DNA of 64,000 bases from Haliotis rubra (lineage: Eukaryota): positions 682,001 through 746,000 of the forward strand of contig NW_025765447.1 in NCBI RefSeq assembly GCF_003918875.1, written 5' to 3'. This document shows, one piece after another, positions 11,791-25,215 of this stretch (the stretch's first letter is position 1; each line of letters opens with the position of its first letter). Under the pieces are notes generated by a model that did no database searches, had not been told where the DNA came from, and was given only the letters and a program-made list of their open reading frames with translations. The position numbers and the translations under genes were made by a program.

Positions 11791-12639
11791 AAATCAACAA
11801 ATGAGGAAAACATACAATATTAAATGTATTTACTATATAAAGCGACAGTTGAAGAAAGTGGATCAAGATCCGCTTTGTGTATTTTGATTTCGTGCACTGA
11901 ATGGTTTCAAGGTGTCTACAAGTTCGCTTCATCACTTGTATTTTGCAATATCCAGTCTGTGTGTACGTGCGCTAGTTATCATTGGGATGGTGGATGACCT
12001 CACGATCTCGGTGCGGGAACTTCCACGTCTGAACACCTCCGTGGTAGGGACATCTACAGCTATCGATACTTCTTCATTGATAACACGAAAGTTACCACAT
12101 CACCGACATACAAAGGAATTTTACCTGGCCTCGTTCAGAAAACCAAGGTTTGCTCTTTGGGCACTAGATTCGGAAAGCGAAAGGCCATTGCTTGATAAAG
12201 TAAAGTGTAGTATTTCAATATTTCACTTTTTCGATTTAATCAAAAGAAATTAATGCAAAATGTTTTTAAACGACGTTATTCACTCACTAAAACAGATGAA
12301 CAATTATTTTCATGAGTATGTTCGAATTAAGAATCGACCAAGTTAGCAATATTTCATCTTTAACACGGCGCCCTGTATAATCGCGTTTTGATCACATGGG
12401 AGATTTCGTGATCAAAGATTAACATACAAGAACAGTCTGAGACGGAGATAATTATTCAAAACAACTAAACGGATTGTAGATTTGAATTTGTTTGAAAACT
12501 TGGACAACCATGTCTTATCTAATAACCTACCTGGGATATAAAAGGTATCTCTTGATGTTCTACCACTGAATAGAATTTGTTTCGACTGCGCGGGTTAAAA
12601 CAACTGCCATTATGCAATGTGGATAAATGGTAATCAAAC

Positions 12640-12900
12640 TGGATTCAAGAAAGAACTGGATTAAAGTGGATCAAAACGTACATTAAACTAGACTAAAATG
12701 AATCGTTATATATATCAAACTAGATCAAAGTGGATCAAAATGTAAATCAAACTAGATCAAAATGTAAATCAAACTAGATCAAAGTGGATCAAAATGTATA
12801 TAAACGTATTCAGAATGAATTTCAACTGAATCAAATTGACCATCAAACTGGATCAAAGTGCAAATCAATCAATGTGGGTTAAAGTGTAGTCAAAGTGGTG
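12640..12900. repeat. Degenerate 10-12-bp tandem repeat
   Basis: Units aaactagatc / aaagtggatc / aaaatgtaaatc. Confidence 0.75.
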
Positions 12901-13344
12901 CGTATGCAGACAATGTTGTAGGCACAGTGGAAGGACAGGTATAGTGGCTGGTTATCAATACACGCCGTGACAGCATGTCCATGACAAGGAAAGTCTGATA
13001 CTGACTACAATACTCTGTCGTATAAATACACATGTAGACCTAGAGAACCGATAACACGATATTCAGGGTGGGGTGCAAGGAGGAGGTCCCAGGATTTTGT
13101 TATGGAGTTGAATGTTGTTTTGCACCGCAGACACGCTACTGTATATCTGATGCCTCGAGGGCTAATAAATATTCGCGGTTTGGCTGTAGTGTCTGGTGGT
13201 CCAGTGAATGGAGCGTCTATCTGGAAAGTCGAGGGTTCGATTCCCGGATCGCGACCTTCCAAAGACGCTAAAGGGTAGTTCTGGCTCAGTATTGAGAACA
13301 TAGAACAAGGCCTGGTCACCAAGGAGGGGAGTATGCTTATAAAT

Positions 13345-13640
13345 TCTCTCGCTATCTATCTATCTCTCGCTCATATTTGTCTCAGTCTCTCTCTCTCTTC
13401 CTCTCTCAATCTCTCTCATTCACTCTCTCTCTTCTCTCTCACAATCTCTCTCTCATTCTCTCTCTCTCATTCTCTCTCTCTTTTTCTCTCTCTCTCTTTC
13501 TCTCTCAATCTCTCTCTCCTCACACTCTCTCTGATCTCACTCTCTCTTTCTTTCTCTTTCGCTCTCTCTCTTTCTCCTATTCTCTCTCTCAATCTCTCTC
13601 TTCTTCTTTTTTTCTCTCTCTCTTTCTCGCTCTCTATCTG
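13345..13640. repeat. (CT)n-rich microsatellite
   Basis: Direct reading. Confidence 0.95.
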
Positions 13641-13962
13641 TGTCGCTATATAAGTACACTAATCTTGAAGCCCATTGACGTTATCTCGCACCACGAAGCA
13701 CCCGCTGCACAACGTGGTCAGTTCTTCACCGTCCTGCCAGCATGCATGTTTTAATTACGGCATGCCTCCTCATTACGACCAACAGTACTGTCTATGATAC
13801 CATCAAGCGTATCGACCAGTTGTCACTAATAGGTTTGATAATGTTCTGGGTCATATTTCAAAACATCCATGCGTGTCCAGGTCACGTTACAGACAAACCA
13901 GGCGAACCGAGATAGTCCACATCAACAAACATTCACACGTGGACCGTCATAGACCAACACCA

Positions 13963-14510
13963 NNNNNNNNNNNNNNNNNNNNNNNNNNNNNNNNNNNNNN
14001 NNNNNNNNNNNNNNNNNNNNNNNNNNNNNNNNNNNNNNNNNNNNNNNNNNNNNNNNNNNNNNNNNNNNNNNNNNNNNNNNNNNNNNNNNNNNNNNNNNNN
14101 NNNNNNNNNNNNNNNNNNNNNNNNNNNNNNNNNNNNNNNNNNNNNNNNNNNNNNNNNNNNNNNNNNNNNNNNNNNNNNNNNNNNNNNNNNNNNNNNNNNN
14201 NNNNNNNNNNNNNNNNNNNNNNCGTTGGCTCGTCACGCCGAAGACCCGGGTTCGAATCCCCACATGGGCCCAATGTGTGAAGCCCATTTCTGGTGTGCCC
14301 CGCCGTGATTTTGCTGGAATATTGCTAAAAGCTGCGTAAAACCAAACTCAGTNNNNNNNNNNNNNNNNNNNNNNNNNNNNNNNNNNNNNNNNNNNNNNNN
14401 NNNNNNNNNNNNNNNNNNNNNNNNNNNNNNNNNNNNNNNNNNNNNNNNNNNNNNNNNNNNNNNNNNNNNNNNNNNNNNNNNNNNNNNNNNNNNNNNNNNN
14501 NNNNNNNNNN
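13963..14510. other. Two assembly gaps (13963-14222, 14353-14510) around a SINE A fragment
   Basis: Runs of N. Confidence 1.
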
Positions 14511-15709
14511 TCATTTTCTGAAACTGCAGCAGTCTATACTCACATGGGTGGTATTGAAAATACAGCACACTACTGAAACGAACTCAAGGGACCACGCATT
14601 TTAATTCGTAGTAACCGTAGTTCGTTACGTGCACCTTGACTGAAATAGACAGCTGAAATTGCAGAGTGATCTCGACGAAATACAGTTAAGTCCTGTTGTA
14701 ACAAACCCAAAGGGACTACAAATGTTAATTCGTTATAACCGTACTTCGTTTTATGCACTTTAACTTACATATACACCAAGTGTTCTTTATAAATGTAGTT
14801 TATTGCATTTGTTTCTGGAGCTGTAGGGTGGTAGGGTAGTCTAGTGGTTAAAGCGTTCGCTCGTCACGCCGAAGACCCGGGTTCCATTCCCCACATGGGT
14901 ACATTGTGTGAAGCCCATTTCTGGTGTCCCCCTCCATGATATTGCTGGAATATTGCTAAAAGCGGCGTAAAACTCACTCACTCACCCTCGAGCTGTAGCG
15001 CGGAGACTTTAGCAGCAAAATTCTTTTAAATTTTCCAATTAAAAATTATTCATGGAAGGTTAATATTAATCATGAGTGAGTGAGTAAGGTACAACGCAGT
15101 TTTTAGCAATATTCCAGCAATACCACGGCGTGTGCGGGTCGTCAGCGTAACGAGCAAAAGCTTTAACCACTTGGCCACACAACCGCGAACCTACTCGTTC
15201 GAACCGAATTTTCGGCGTGACGAGCAAAAGCTATAACAAACAAGCTACCCCATGGTGATAAAAGATGTAAGTACACTTGCAGCATATGTGGCTGTTACCG
15301 AACATGTCTTTGTATGAACTTGCTGAGGTCAAATGGGTTTGTCGAAGGTTGTCCGCCTGCGAGATCACCGAGTCGACCTGACACACAAAACATTAATCTC
15401 ATAGGGTGGTGTTCGGGAGACATAACTTCCTGCATTTTAAAGCATGTCAATTAAATCTAGGCAGTTCAGTGATATTTTTGTAACAGTATTTTTATACCCC
15501 CTTGGAAAAAAACAACAATGTTTAGGTTTTCCACCCAGTGGGAAACCGCGTGGTTGTCTAATAGTTCAAAACTGTATACAAATGTACCTTAGGTTTTACT
15601 GCCATTATAGGATTTACTGCAGGGTAATAGGCTATACGACAAGACAATATGTTATCTTTACAATATGCTCTTATTAGGAAATAATACCGAATGACAATAA
15701 GTAATGGTG

Positions 15710-16097
15710 CAAGACAATAGGGGATGCTGTAAGACAATAGGGTATGCTACAAGGCAAAATGACATGCTGCAAAACAATAGGGTATTGTGTTAGACAATAG
15801 ATTATACTGCAAGACACAAGGGTGTGATACAAGACAATAGGGTATGCTTCAAGACAATAGGATATGCTATAAGATAACAGGGCATGCTGCAAGACGATAG
15901 GGTATGGTGTAAGGCAAAAGGGTATGCTACAAGACAATAGGTTATGCTGCAAAAAGATAGGCTAATGCTTTAGACAATAGATTATACAGCAAGACAAAAG
16001 GGTGTGTTACAAGACAATATGGTATGCTTCAAGACAATATCGTATGATGCAAGGCAAAAGGGTATGTTACAAGACAATACATTATACTGCAAGACAT
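15710..16097. repeat. 20-bp minisatellite
   Basis: Unit aagacaatagggtatgctgc, about 19 copies. Confidence 0.92.
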
Positions 16098-17542
16098 TGC
16101 TGCAAGAATCGGGTGTAGTGGTTTCGAAAGCTTAAACGACAAGACAACACTACACAGGAGGAGGGAGGGGGGATTGTCTTTTTCACTTCTGATGTTGTGT
16201 TTTAAATTCTGTTTTCAGAGAAGGTCACTTAGTTTTGAGTCATTTGAGGCTATCTGTATTCGTCTCCTGTCTCACATTTTATTGTATAGATCAATGTCGA
16301 GTGTCAGGAAAGCATTGCCTAAATTCCACATGTGCCGCTAATTACCGGACGCCTTGTCTACGACTGTACATTGACACCGGACCGTGCATCACCGCCCTCA
16401 AATATGTCCCACAGTCCTTGAACCATATTGTTTGGCCCTAAATGAAGCAAGTCTGTGTTTTGCTCGGGTTCTGAATCTCCAATCTCACCGGGGCTCCTTT
16501 TTCAATTGAAACTGAGTTATTTGTTTCTCTGAGTTACATATTTTCAGCAACCAAGCGTGAGTCTACACCTACCTCCATAAATACAACTGAGGCGATATAA
16601 ACAATTCCACCACTACATATCGTTCGTTTCCTTTACAAACCCTATAGGAATCTACTCATATACACTGCTAGGTTGGCATTCTAAAAGTTGGAGTGGAAAT
16701 AAAAGCGTACAAGTTTACGGATAACAAAAAGCAATAAAATGGAAAATGGTATAGTTGTATGTCGTCTTATTTTAAAATAAATTATTCTTGTTTAATTAGA
16801 TACTGTGAACTATTCATAATCAGCAATGATAAAAGGTGATGTCAGAAATATTGGATTTTAACCCTCTACGAAGTGTTAATCCTATGGAATGCAATATCTT
16901 ACTTATATGTATCAGTTTTAGCTAATGGCTAAATATATCTTAAGTGCTCAGCATTACCTACTTTCTGAATGCATCTTGTGTTAAATAGTAAACATCGGTG
17001 TCATATAGCTGAACCCATTGTCATATCTGATTACGCCAATAATAACAGACGTTCACAGTGGGGCCGCGTGGAGGAAGAACGTGGCCTTGTGACGTCACAG
17101 TCATATGCTCTTGCCGTATTCAATGGTTTGAACTTAGCTTCATGTTGGTAACACATCTTGTGAAATGCTGGCACTCGTCCATACTACTCTACTGGTTGAT
17201 TAGCAAGGTCGACAAAAACATGTTTCGACTTGTGTAGAACTCGTGAGGCATACTGTCGGATGTAAAGCAACTCTAGATCTGTGACGGGACTGGGATGTGA
17301 TACAGGGATGGACAATCGCTTGTCAATCAGGCCGAACTGATAACAGCTGGACCACTTGGCACTAGGCCATATCAGCTTTGCTGTGAGCAAAATTAAAGTC
17401 TGAATGAATCGGGACGGTTGGGTAGTGTTGTGATTAGGTGTTCGCTTGTCTAGCTGAAAATCCGGGTTCGATTTTTCATATGAGTATAGCATCCAGAGCG
17501 ATGTTAAACCACCCGTAGTGATACGACTCGAATACTGAGGCG

Positions 17543-18593
17543 GGGTGAGATGAGGTGAGGTGAGGTGAAATGGATCAGGGTGAGGTTAGGTGAGGTGAGG
17601 TGAAATGGGTCAGGGTGAGGTGAGGTGAAATGGGTCAGGGTGAGGTGAGGTGAGGTGAAATGGGTTAGGGTGGGGTGAGGTGAAATGGGTCAGGTGAGGT
17701 GAGGTGAGGTGAAATGGGTTAGGGTTGGGTGAGGTGAAATGGGTCAGGGTGGGGTGAGGTGAAATGGGTCAGGGTGAGGTGAGGTGAGGTGAAATGAAAT
17801 GGGTCAGGGTGGGGTGAGGTGAAATGGGTCGGGGTGAGTTGAGATGAGGTGAAATGGGTCAGGGTGGGGTGAGGTGAAATGGGTCAGGGTGAGGTGAGGT
17901 GAGGTGAAATGGGTCAGGGTGAGGTGAGGTGAGGTGAAATGGGTCAGGGTGAGGTGAGGTGAGGTGAAATGAGTCGGGGTGAGGTGGTGAGGTGAAATGG
18001 TCAGGGTGAGGTGAGGTGAAATGGGTCAGGGTGAGGTGAGGTGAGGTGAAATGGGTTAGGGTGGGCTGAGGTGAAATGGGTCAGGTGAGGTGAGGTGAGG
18101 TGAAATGGGTTAGGGTGGGGTGAGGTGAAATGGGTCAGGTGGGGTGAGGTGAAATGGGTCAGGGTGAGGTGAGATGAAATGGGTCAGGGCGAGGTGAGGT
18201 GAGGTGAAATGAAATGGGTCAGGGTGGGGTGAGGTGAAATGGGTCAGGGTGAGGTGAGGTGAGGTGAAATGGGTCAGGGTGAGGTGTGATGAGGTGAAAT
18301 GGGTCAGGGTGGGGTGAGGTGAAATGGGTCAAGGTGAGGTGAGGTGAGGTGAAATGGGTCAGGGTGAGGTGAGGTGAGGTGAAATGGGTCAGAGTGAGGT
18401 GAGGTGAGGTGAAATGAGTCGGGGTGAGGTGAGGTGAAATGGTCAGGGTGAGGTGAAATGGGTCAAGGTGAGGTGAGGTGAAATGGGTCAAGATGAGGTG
18501 AAATGGGTGAGGTGAGGTGAAATGGGTCAGGGTGAGGTGAGGTGAAATGGGTCAAGGTGAGGTGAAATGGGTGAGGTGAGGTGAAATGGGTCA
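17543..18593. repeat. G-rich compound satellite (GTGAG)n-GTGAAATGGGTCAGG
   Basis: Direct reading, about 1 kb. Confidence 0.95.
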
Positions 18594-21500
18594 ACAAACA
18601 CTGTGAATATTCTGGGTGAAACTTTGATTCGCAGTCACTGAATCCTGGCACGCCTGTGGGCGACGCCACTCCGCACAACGAATTACAACGTTATTGCTCT
18701 TTTTACCAAACATTCTTACCAGGGACGAAATGAATCATTAAACGAGAGATATTCATATGGACCTTTTTCGAAGAAAGGTGACGCAAAAAGATAAAAACCT
18801 AACCTTGTCAGACCTAACTTTCGATAAAATAGGTGATATACGTTTTACATAATATGCAGTCAATTTACCGAACCAGCGATGTGCATAAATCATAAGAACA
18901 CTAAACTGTCATTCGAGTTGATCTGAACCTTGGTAATCCGGATACCCCGACTTTCGGACGAGTACTGCAAGATTATAATGAGTGAGTGAGTTTAGTTTAG
19001 TTTCTTAATATCACATCGGGGGACACCAGAAATGGGATTCACATGTACTCATGTGGGGAATCGAGCCCGGGTCTTCGGCGTGGCGAGCCAACGCTTTAAC
19101 CACTAGGCTACCCCACTGACCCGATTTATTATGAAAGCGGTGTTTAATAGCTTAACCCTGAGTAACTTTGAAATTCTATAATCCCGAAGTTTTCACTGAT
19201 GAAAATATGTCCGCATTACTGGGTATCCGTTATGTACAGGGTGGTAAGTGTCATTGAATTAGTAAATACAGTTAGTGTGTTAAAGACAGACGTATCAAGC
19301 TGGGGTGTACGTGAGGCACATGTGCTAATAAAATGTGTGCCAAAGATAAAGTCGTTGTAGTGATAAACTGATTACATAATTTCATTATTCTTATCAGTTA
19401 TTGTTTTGCTGATCAAAGTCTCAAAGGTGAGTCAATTTTTTGTACAAAAAGGTCACAACATTTCAAGCATTTCAACCACGAAAGGGCACCATGTCGATTT
19501 TAATGTGAAAAATAGAACAATCTACCAACTAAATAAATTTGAATTTAAATGACAATTAGACATTATGTCAAATATGGCTAGAGAACAAAGATGTTTCTTG
19601 ATGTTTAGATGTTTCTTAAATGATGAGTACAGAAATTCACAAGTGAACGTACTTTATTAATTACCTTTCAATTAATGTTTACTTGATATTTACAAACAAT
19701 AAAAAATGACCTTGATAAGTGCAAATTTGATGTTTGAGTTGAATAATGAGACTGAAGTTTCACGTCTTATCATGAGCGTGGCGTTATCAGACGACTGCAG
19801 CGTCGGGACCCTCGCCAGGACGCACTATCAGTTCCACTGAGTGATGTGTCGTGATCACACTTATGTTTTGATGAACTGGAAGATACGCTCAGATCTGAGT
19901 ATGCATCCGCTGATTACGAGTTCGAATAACAGATTCACCCAGATTATGGTTTGCTGGCTCCAGACACTTTCTCATAATTAAGAAATACATTTTATTTCCT
20001 CGAACAGCGTGACTTGGCGTTTCAAGTGCTATAAAGGCACAGTGAGATATCGCTGAAATACTGGTCAAAGTGCCGTTGACTTATCCGTGTAATCATCTTG
20101 ATGTCGAGGTTCGTATTTCACTTTTGTCAAACATGGCAAGTTAATTTTAGTATCGAATGTGTACCTTTATACATACACATACACGCTATTTGATATCTAA
20201 CAATACCGTTACGATATCAGTTAGCTGTTTGTTCGCTCAAGTTTATGCTAAACTGTCAAGTATAAATTCGCCGAGAAGTGCATTTTCCAATGTATTATTA
20301 TTGCATTGTACATACACAAAGCACGGTCAGTTTTTTTAAAACTAGTAATTTGGATTATTATTAAAATAGTAAATGTTACTCGCTCGGATTCCAAAGTTAA
20401 TAATTAAAACTATTCCACGTTTAAGAATATTTAAATAGTGACAGGTATATAGAGGTCCAAGCCACTTGACTGAAATTCCTGCACTAAGGATTTTTTTTCA
20501 GTCAAAAGTATCTCGAAATCGAAGTGTTTATCAAAATGCTAAGGTTTACTTTAGGCTTTCTGTTACATTTTTCCAAATTGGGACATGTATGTTAGTTTAA
20601 ACGACAGCCATCACAAATATATCACAGCAACGTCAGTGACATAGATGAAGATCGATGGTCGCTATCACAGACACCTATATACAGGTACATGGGCATATCA
20701 GTCGCTGATGTATATTTCCATTCATCCACGCCATTCATATATACCCAGCGTCATAATTAAAGGGTCACCTTGCTATGAGGGGCGTCAAACATGAACGACG
20801 CTAACACGCGACGATTTACCTGTTTTTTGCATGGTGGATGTTTGGCGCCGCACTCGGCAATATTCCAGCTATAGTATATGGCGGCGGTCTGTAAATAACC
20901 GAGTCTGAACCAGACAATCCGGTGATCAACAGCATGAGCATCGATCTACGCAAGCAGGATACGCAATTGGGAGCCTGACCACCCGATCCCGTTAGTCACC
21001 TCTTACGAACAGCATGGGTTACTGAAGGTCAATTCTAACCTGGATCTTCACGGGTCCTCACTGAAGGTACACAATGCACACACAAGGTACACCAATGTGT
21101 CAACCAAGTCACCGAATCTCTGGCCACATGATCCCGTTAGTCGCCTCTTGCGGCAAGCATGGGTTGCTGGAGACCATTTCTAAGATCTTCACGGGTTTTC
21201 GATGGGCCTGAGTAAGTTGACAATGTGATTAACAGTTGAAGAACATGTGTTTATACCAATGTCAAACTGACATTTTATGAAAGTTGAAATAGGGAAAAAC
21301 GACCGCGAAAATCAATGAAAAGTGATGCGCTCTATTTGTGGATAAGTTGAAGCTGGTGGATAAAACTAACCAAAACACACGTAGCCTGAACGTAGCCTGC
21401 CTCACAGTCCCTGAACCACATTATTTTCCCTACAGCCTAGCCATCCCTGCAGTGCTAAAGCCTTAAATGAAGCAAGTCTAGATTTCTTCAGGTTCAGGAT

Positions 21501-22582
21501 CTTCTGAATCTCTGGTCTCCCTGGAGCTCTTTTTCAATCTGTTACAATCAAAATTATATATGTATATTCAGAGACTTAGCTTTTGCCTAACCTGAACGCG
21601 ACCAGCGGTTTAACACATTCATGAGCAATACGTGTTGCATGCCAGCTAACACTCAATGTGGATGTATAAACATTTACTAGTATTCCATATGCAACTGAAC
21701 GTTGAAAATGTGACCAGATCTCTTATAAACTGCGTGACCCTTCAGTAATGACAGGGAGTATCGATACAAGTGATCAAGTCAGAACACATTGCAAGGGATG
21801 TAACTGTAACTACTCTCGCCGTTCTCAGTGGGACATTCGGCCGGGATGGGTCTGTTATCATCATAACATGATATATCGAACAGGGTTGCGCGGGGGTGGG
21901 TGGTGTTTGTGGGGGTGGATTGAATGTGGGTGTGGTTTCATATAGTCTAAAGACCACCCCAACCTCCAACAACACCCAGTATAATCAATCACCACCTCCT
22001 TAGCACTCGCCAACTCCACACAGTTGCTATGGAAATCGAAGACTCAGAATATGTCTGTCCCGATACTTCCATCACATTTCTTGGGATAGAATGTGGTATC
22101 TTTTGACGATGACATCTATTAAGTTATGAAGTTCTGTCCACCCTCGAGTCATACCGTTGAGTGGGTGAGTGAGTGAGTGAATGAGTGAGATTTACCCCCA
22201 GTTTGAACATTATTTCATGCATTTGTATCAAGTCCCGCCAGCGTGATAAGTGGAAATCTCGAAGGGATGCGGAACATAGACACTTACTGCTTTAATGAGG
22301 CACAGACAAACCTGAATACAAGATTCGAACCCACGGTAATACGTTTCTTTAAAACCCTGAGCGATACAGCTTGGTTTGCGTGTGTATAGATGAGTCAGAA
22401 TTTATGCCACTTTTAGCAATCATTCATCAATATCCAGAAGGGGGACAATAGATATGGTCTTCACACATTGTACCATAAGTGGGGAATCGAACCCGGGTCT
22501 TCGGCGTAATGAGCAACAGCCTTTATCACCTGGCCACCCTTCTGCAAGTCATACCGGTTACGGTACTCTTCATGAACATTTT

Positions 22583-22750
22583 GGGGCGGTGGGGTAGCCT
22601 AGTGGTTAAATCGCTTGCTCGTCACGCCGAAGACATGGGTTTGCTTCCCCACAGGGGCACAATGTGTGGAGCCCATTTCTGGTGTCCCCCGCCGTGATAT
22701 TGCTGGAATATTGCTAAAAGCGGCGTAAAACCCGACTCACTCACTCACTC
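22583..22750 (+). mobile_element. SINE family A copy
   Basis: Full tRNA-like head, ACTC tail, tcatgaacatt TSD. Confidence 0.85.
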
Positions 22751-25026
22751 ATGAACATTGTTTTTACACTGTAAAACATGTTAAAACTAATATTATTACA
22801 ATACATATTATTTATATCAGATGTTTTATCTTTGTTACTTGGTAGCTGTAGTGTTTCGTCTTGTTTTGCTTGATTTTAGTTGTTTGTTTGTTTGTTTTAT
22901 TTCGTTGACGGAGAGTATAAACAATACGTTTCGATTTCAAACTTGGGAATAGTGTGTGAAACACTTAGTTAAAACCCATGCCTTGTATGTTTCTGTTTTT
23001 CTATCTATGATATTGCTTGAGTAATCATGCCAAACACGATTAAATACTCATTCTCTTTACCCACTTTATATGTCTAGAGCAACAGGTGTGTCCTTGATAC
23101 AATCTAACCAGCGTTAAACTAGTCCAGGCCCCACCCACTTTTGAATCATGCTGGATTCGCCCTGGCTATTATGCCTAACGAGGTCGAACACCCGGTATCT
23201 AAGATCTGAAATAATCAGATATAGTCCATTCACGAAAACACCGGAGGTCCGAGTGCTCTGAGCTGTTCAAGCTATTGATATTATTCAAAGAACCACAGCG
23301 CCTAAAGTGTATATTCTGATATTCAAATTTTAAAAAATCTGTAATAGCTTTAATCAACTGTTAGAACACTGAGAGTGGTTTTTCAGTCTTCCCTAAGCAT
23401 TTCACAGGTGTGCCGACAAGCATACATTCCACCTTAGACTTATGGTAATAATTTCGATAGAATCAGATTACTGCATTCAAACTGAATCGAAAATGAGAGA
23501 ATTAAAATGTGAGGAAAATCTAGACTTGCTTAATTTACATTAATTGCATTACAGAAGGGAATGCGAGCTCGAGGATGGGAAAAATATGGTTCATTGACTG
23601 GGAGACAGACTGATTCCGCACATTCACCACCTAGTATAATCTGGTTCCCGGCTGCTTTTGCGTGCGCCACCTTGGGATATGCGAGACGGGGCCCAGCTTA
23701 CACCAGGTACAGCAGTGTGATGCGCGCTCGTCCTCCAGGACAAAAAGAAGATATATTACGAGCGCCTCTAACACTGGTGACCATACATATGTCTTGAACT
23801 GGCCTAGATTTAAGAACCGGGAAGTAATATAAGGAATCGCTGTTTCAACACATGTAAACTTACCATTTTCTTCGAACGTTGCCTTTAGACTGAATCATTT
23901 TACCATTCGCGGAACGCTTGTTTATGTTAAAAAGAGAATCAAGAAGACACCTGTGACAGAGTTACCTTCAGCGAGTCCAAACGCTGTGCAGAGTTGCGAC
24001 CTTTGTGCACGCCAGGAGCCTATGGTTCTTGGTTCGAATCCCTGTTCTCCCCAATTGTGTTTCTTGGTTTGACGGCACCATGTCCGTTCTCAAGGGTTTC
24101 ACCAAAGAGATACACATCTAAGGAGACCTGCACTTCGGGTCTTTCTCACACATCAAACTGACTGCGTTGAAACCAACTCTCTCTCTCACAAAGTTGTACC
24201 AGGGATACTCTACAACATTATATAGTCTCCCTGGTTGTACACAGTTGAAAGGTGGACACTTATCATCACAGACATAGCCAAATATTAATCACACTTGTTA
24301 AATTATGTGGGTTTTTTAATATGTCATATTGGACCAAGGGTGTTTCATCTGATAATTGATAAGCACGGATGTTACTCAGCATGTAAGTTTGTTGTGGGAA
24401 TAAATTGTGCTGTGATAAAACAAAACAAAACAAACTTCTAAAATGTCACTTAAAGAGGTTTCACGGAAGGGTTAAAAGAATCTTATTTTTATAACATTAC
24501 CATTTATTACATTACTCGCTTACTAATTCAGAACACTATTTCTGTCTTGCATCTGTAAGACTGCATTACGTGACTTAATGTCTGGGAATGGACTCGTATT
24601 TTCTGTATATGAATCTCTCCTTTAAGAATGTGTTTGGAATCCAGTTGCTTACTATCGTGGCTTAGTTTTGCTCGGATTTCGCTTTCATTCTTAAAAAACT
24701 ATTTTCCATGGTCTCAGATAACAAAGCCTTCGTAGCGATGAGACTACAGTGACCGGCAGTATTATGCATCATAAATATGTTGGGTTTTTAAAACTGAATG
24801 CATCCAATAATTAATTTAACGTGTTGACATGAATCACCGAAGTCGATGCCGAATTTTTTACACGTCCCCTCCGGCGACATCGCTGTTTGCACGATTTCCG
24901 ACAAAATTTGAAATCATGCACCGTAGTATCACGAACAGAATAAAAATAAATGTTTGTTGCGCGGGTAACAGGTGATGTAAGAAATGAGAATTACTTCCCT
25001 TGGACATGTTTCCGGTGTAAACAAGC

Positions 25027-25215
25027 ATGGCGCAGTCTGTCCAGCATGATCACTCGTCGTCGAGAATTATACATGTTGTGAAGGGAATTTGTTGTCAGTT
25101 ATCCGCAAGCAAAGGTCTAGAATGGAACAAAATTAGCATATGCAAACGATCACGAGATCTGAAAGATGGAGAGTTTGTGATCCCCAAGGGAAGCACACCC
25201 AAAGCTATCGAAGAG
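25027..25215 (+). CDS. DALRD3: DALRD3 exon 1
   Basis: ATG in aagcATGGCG context; MAQSVQ...KAIEE then gtgtgt donor, phase 0. Confidence 0.75.

Noticed and set aside
9941-13754. Long hydrophobic or Leu/Ser-rich ORFs (9941-10471, 11417-11935, 13333-13754)
   Set aside because: Artefacts of microsatellites and N gaps.
17660-18120. Interstitial telomeric repeat
   Set aside because: Only isolated GGGTTAGGG variants of the GGGTCAGGG unit; no tandem TTAGGG.
6364-18593. Tandem arrays as CRISPR arrays
   Set aside because: No unique spacers, no cas genes, and an intron-rich eukaryotic context; these are minisatellites.
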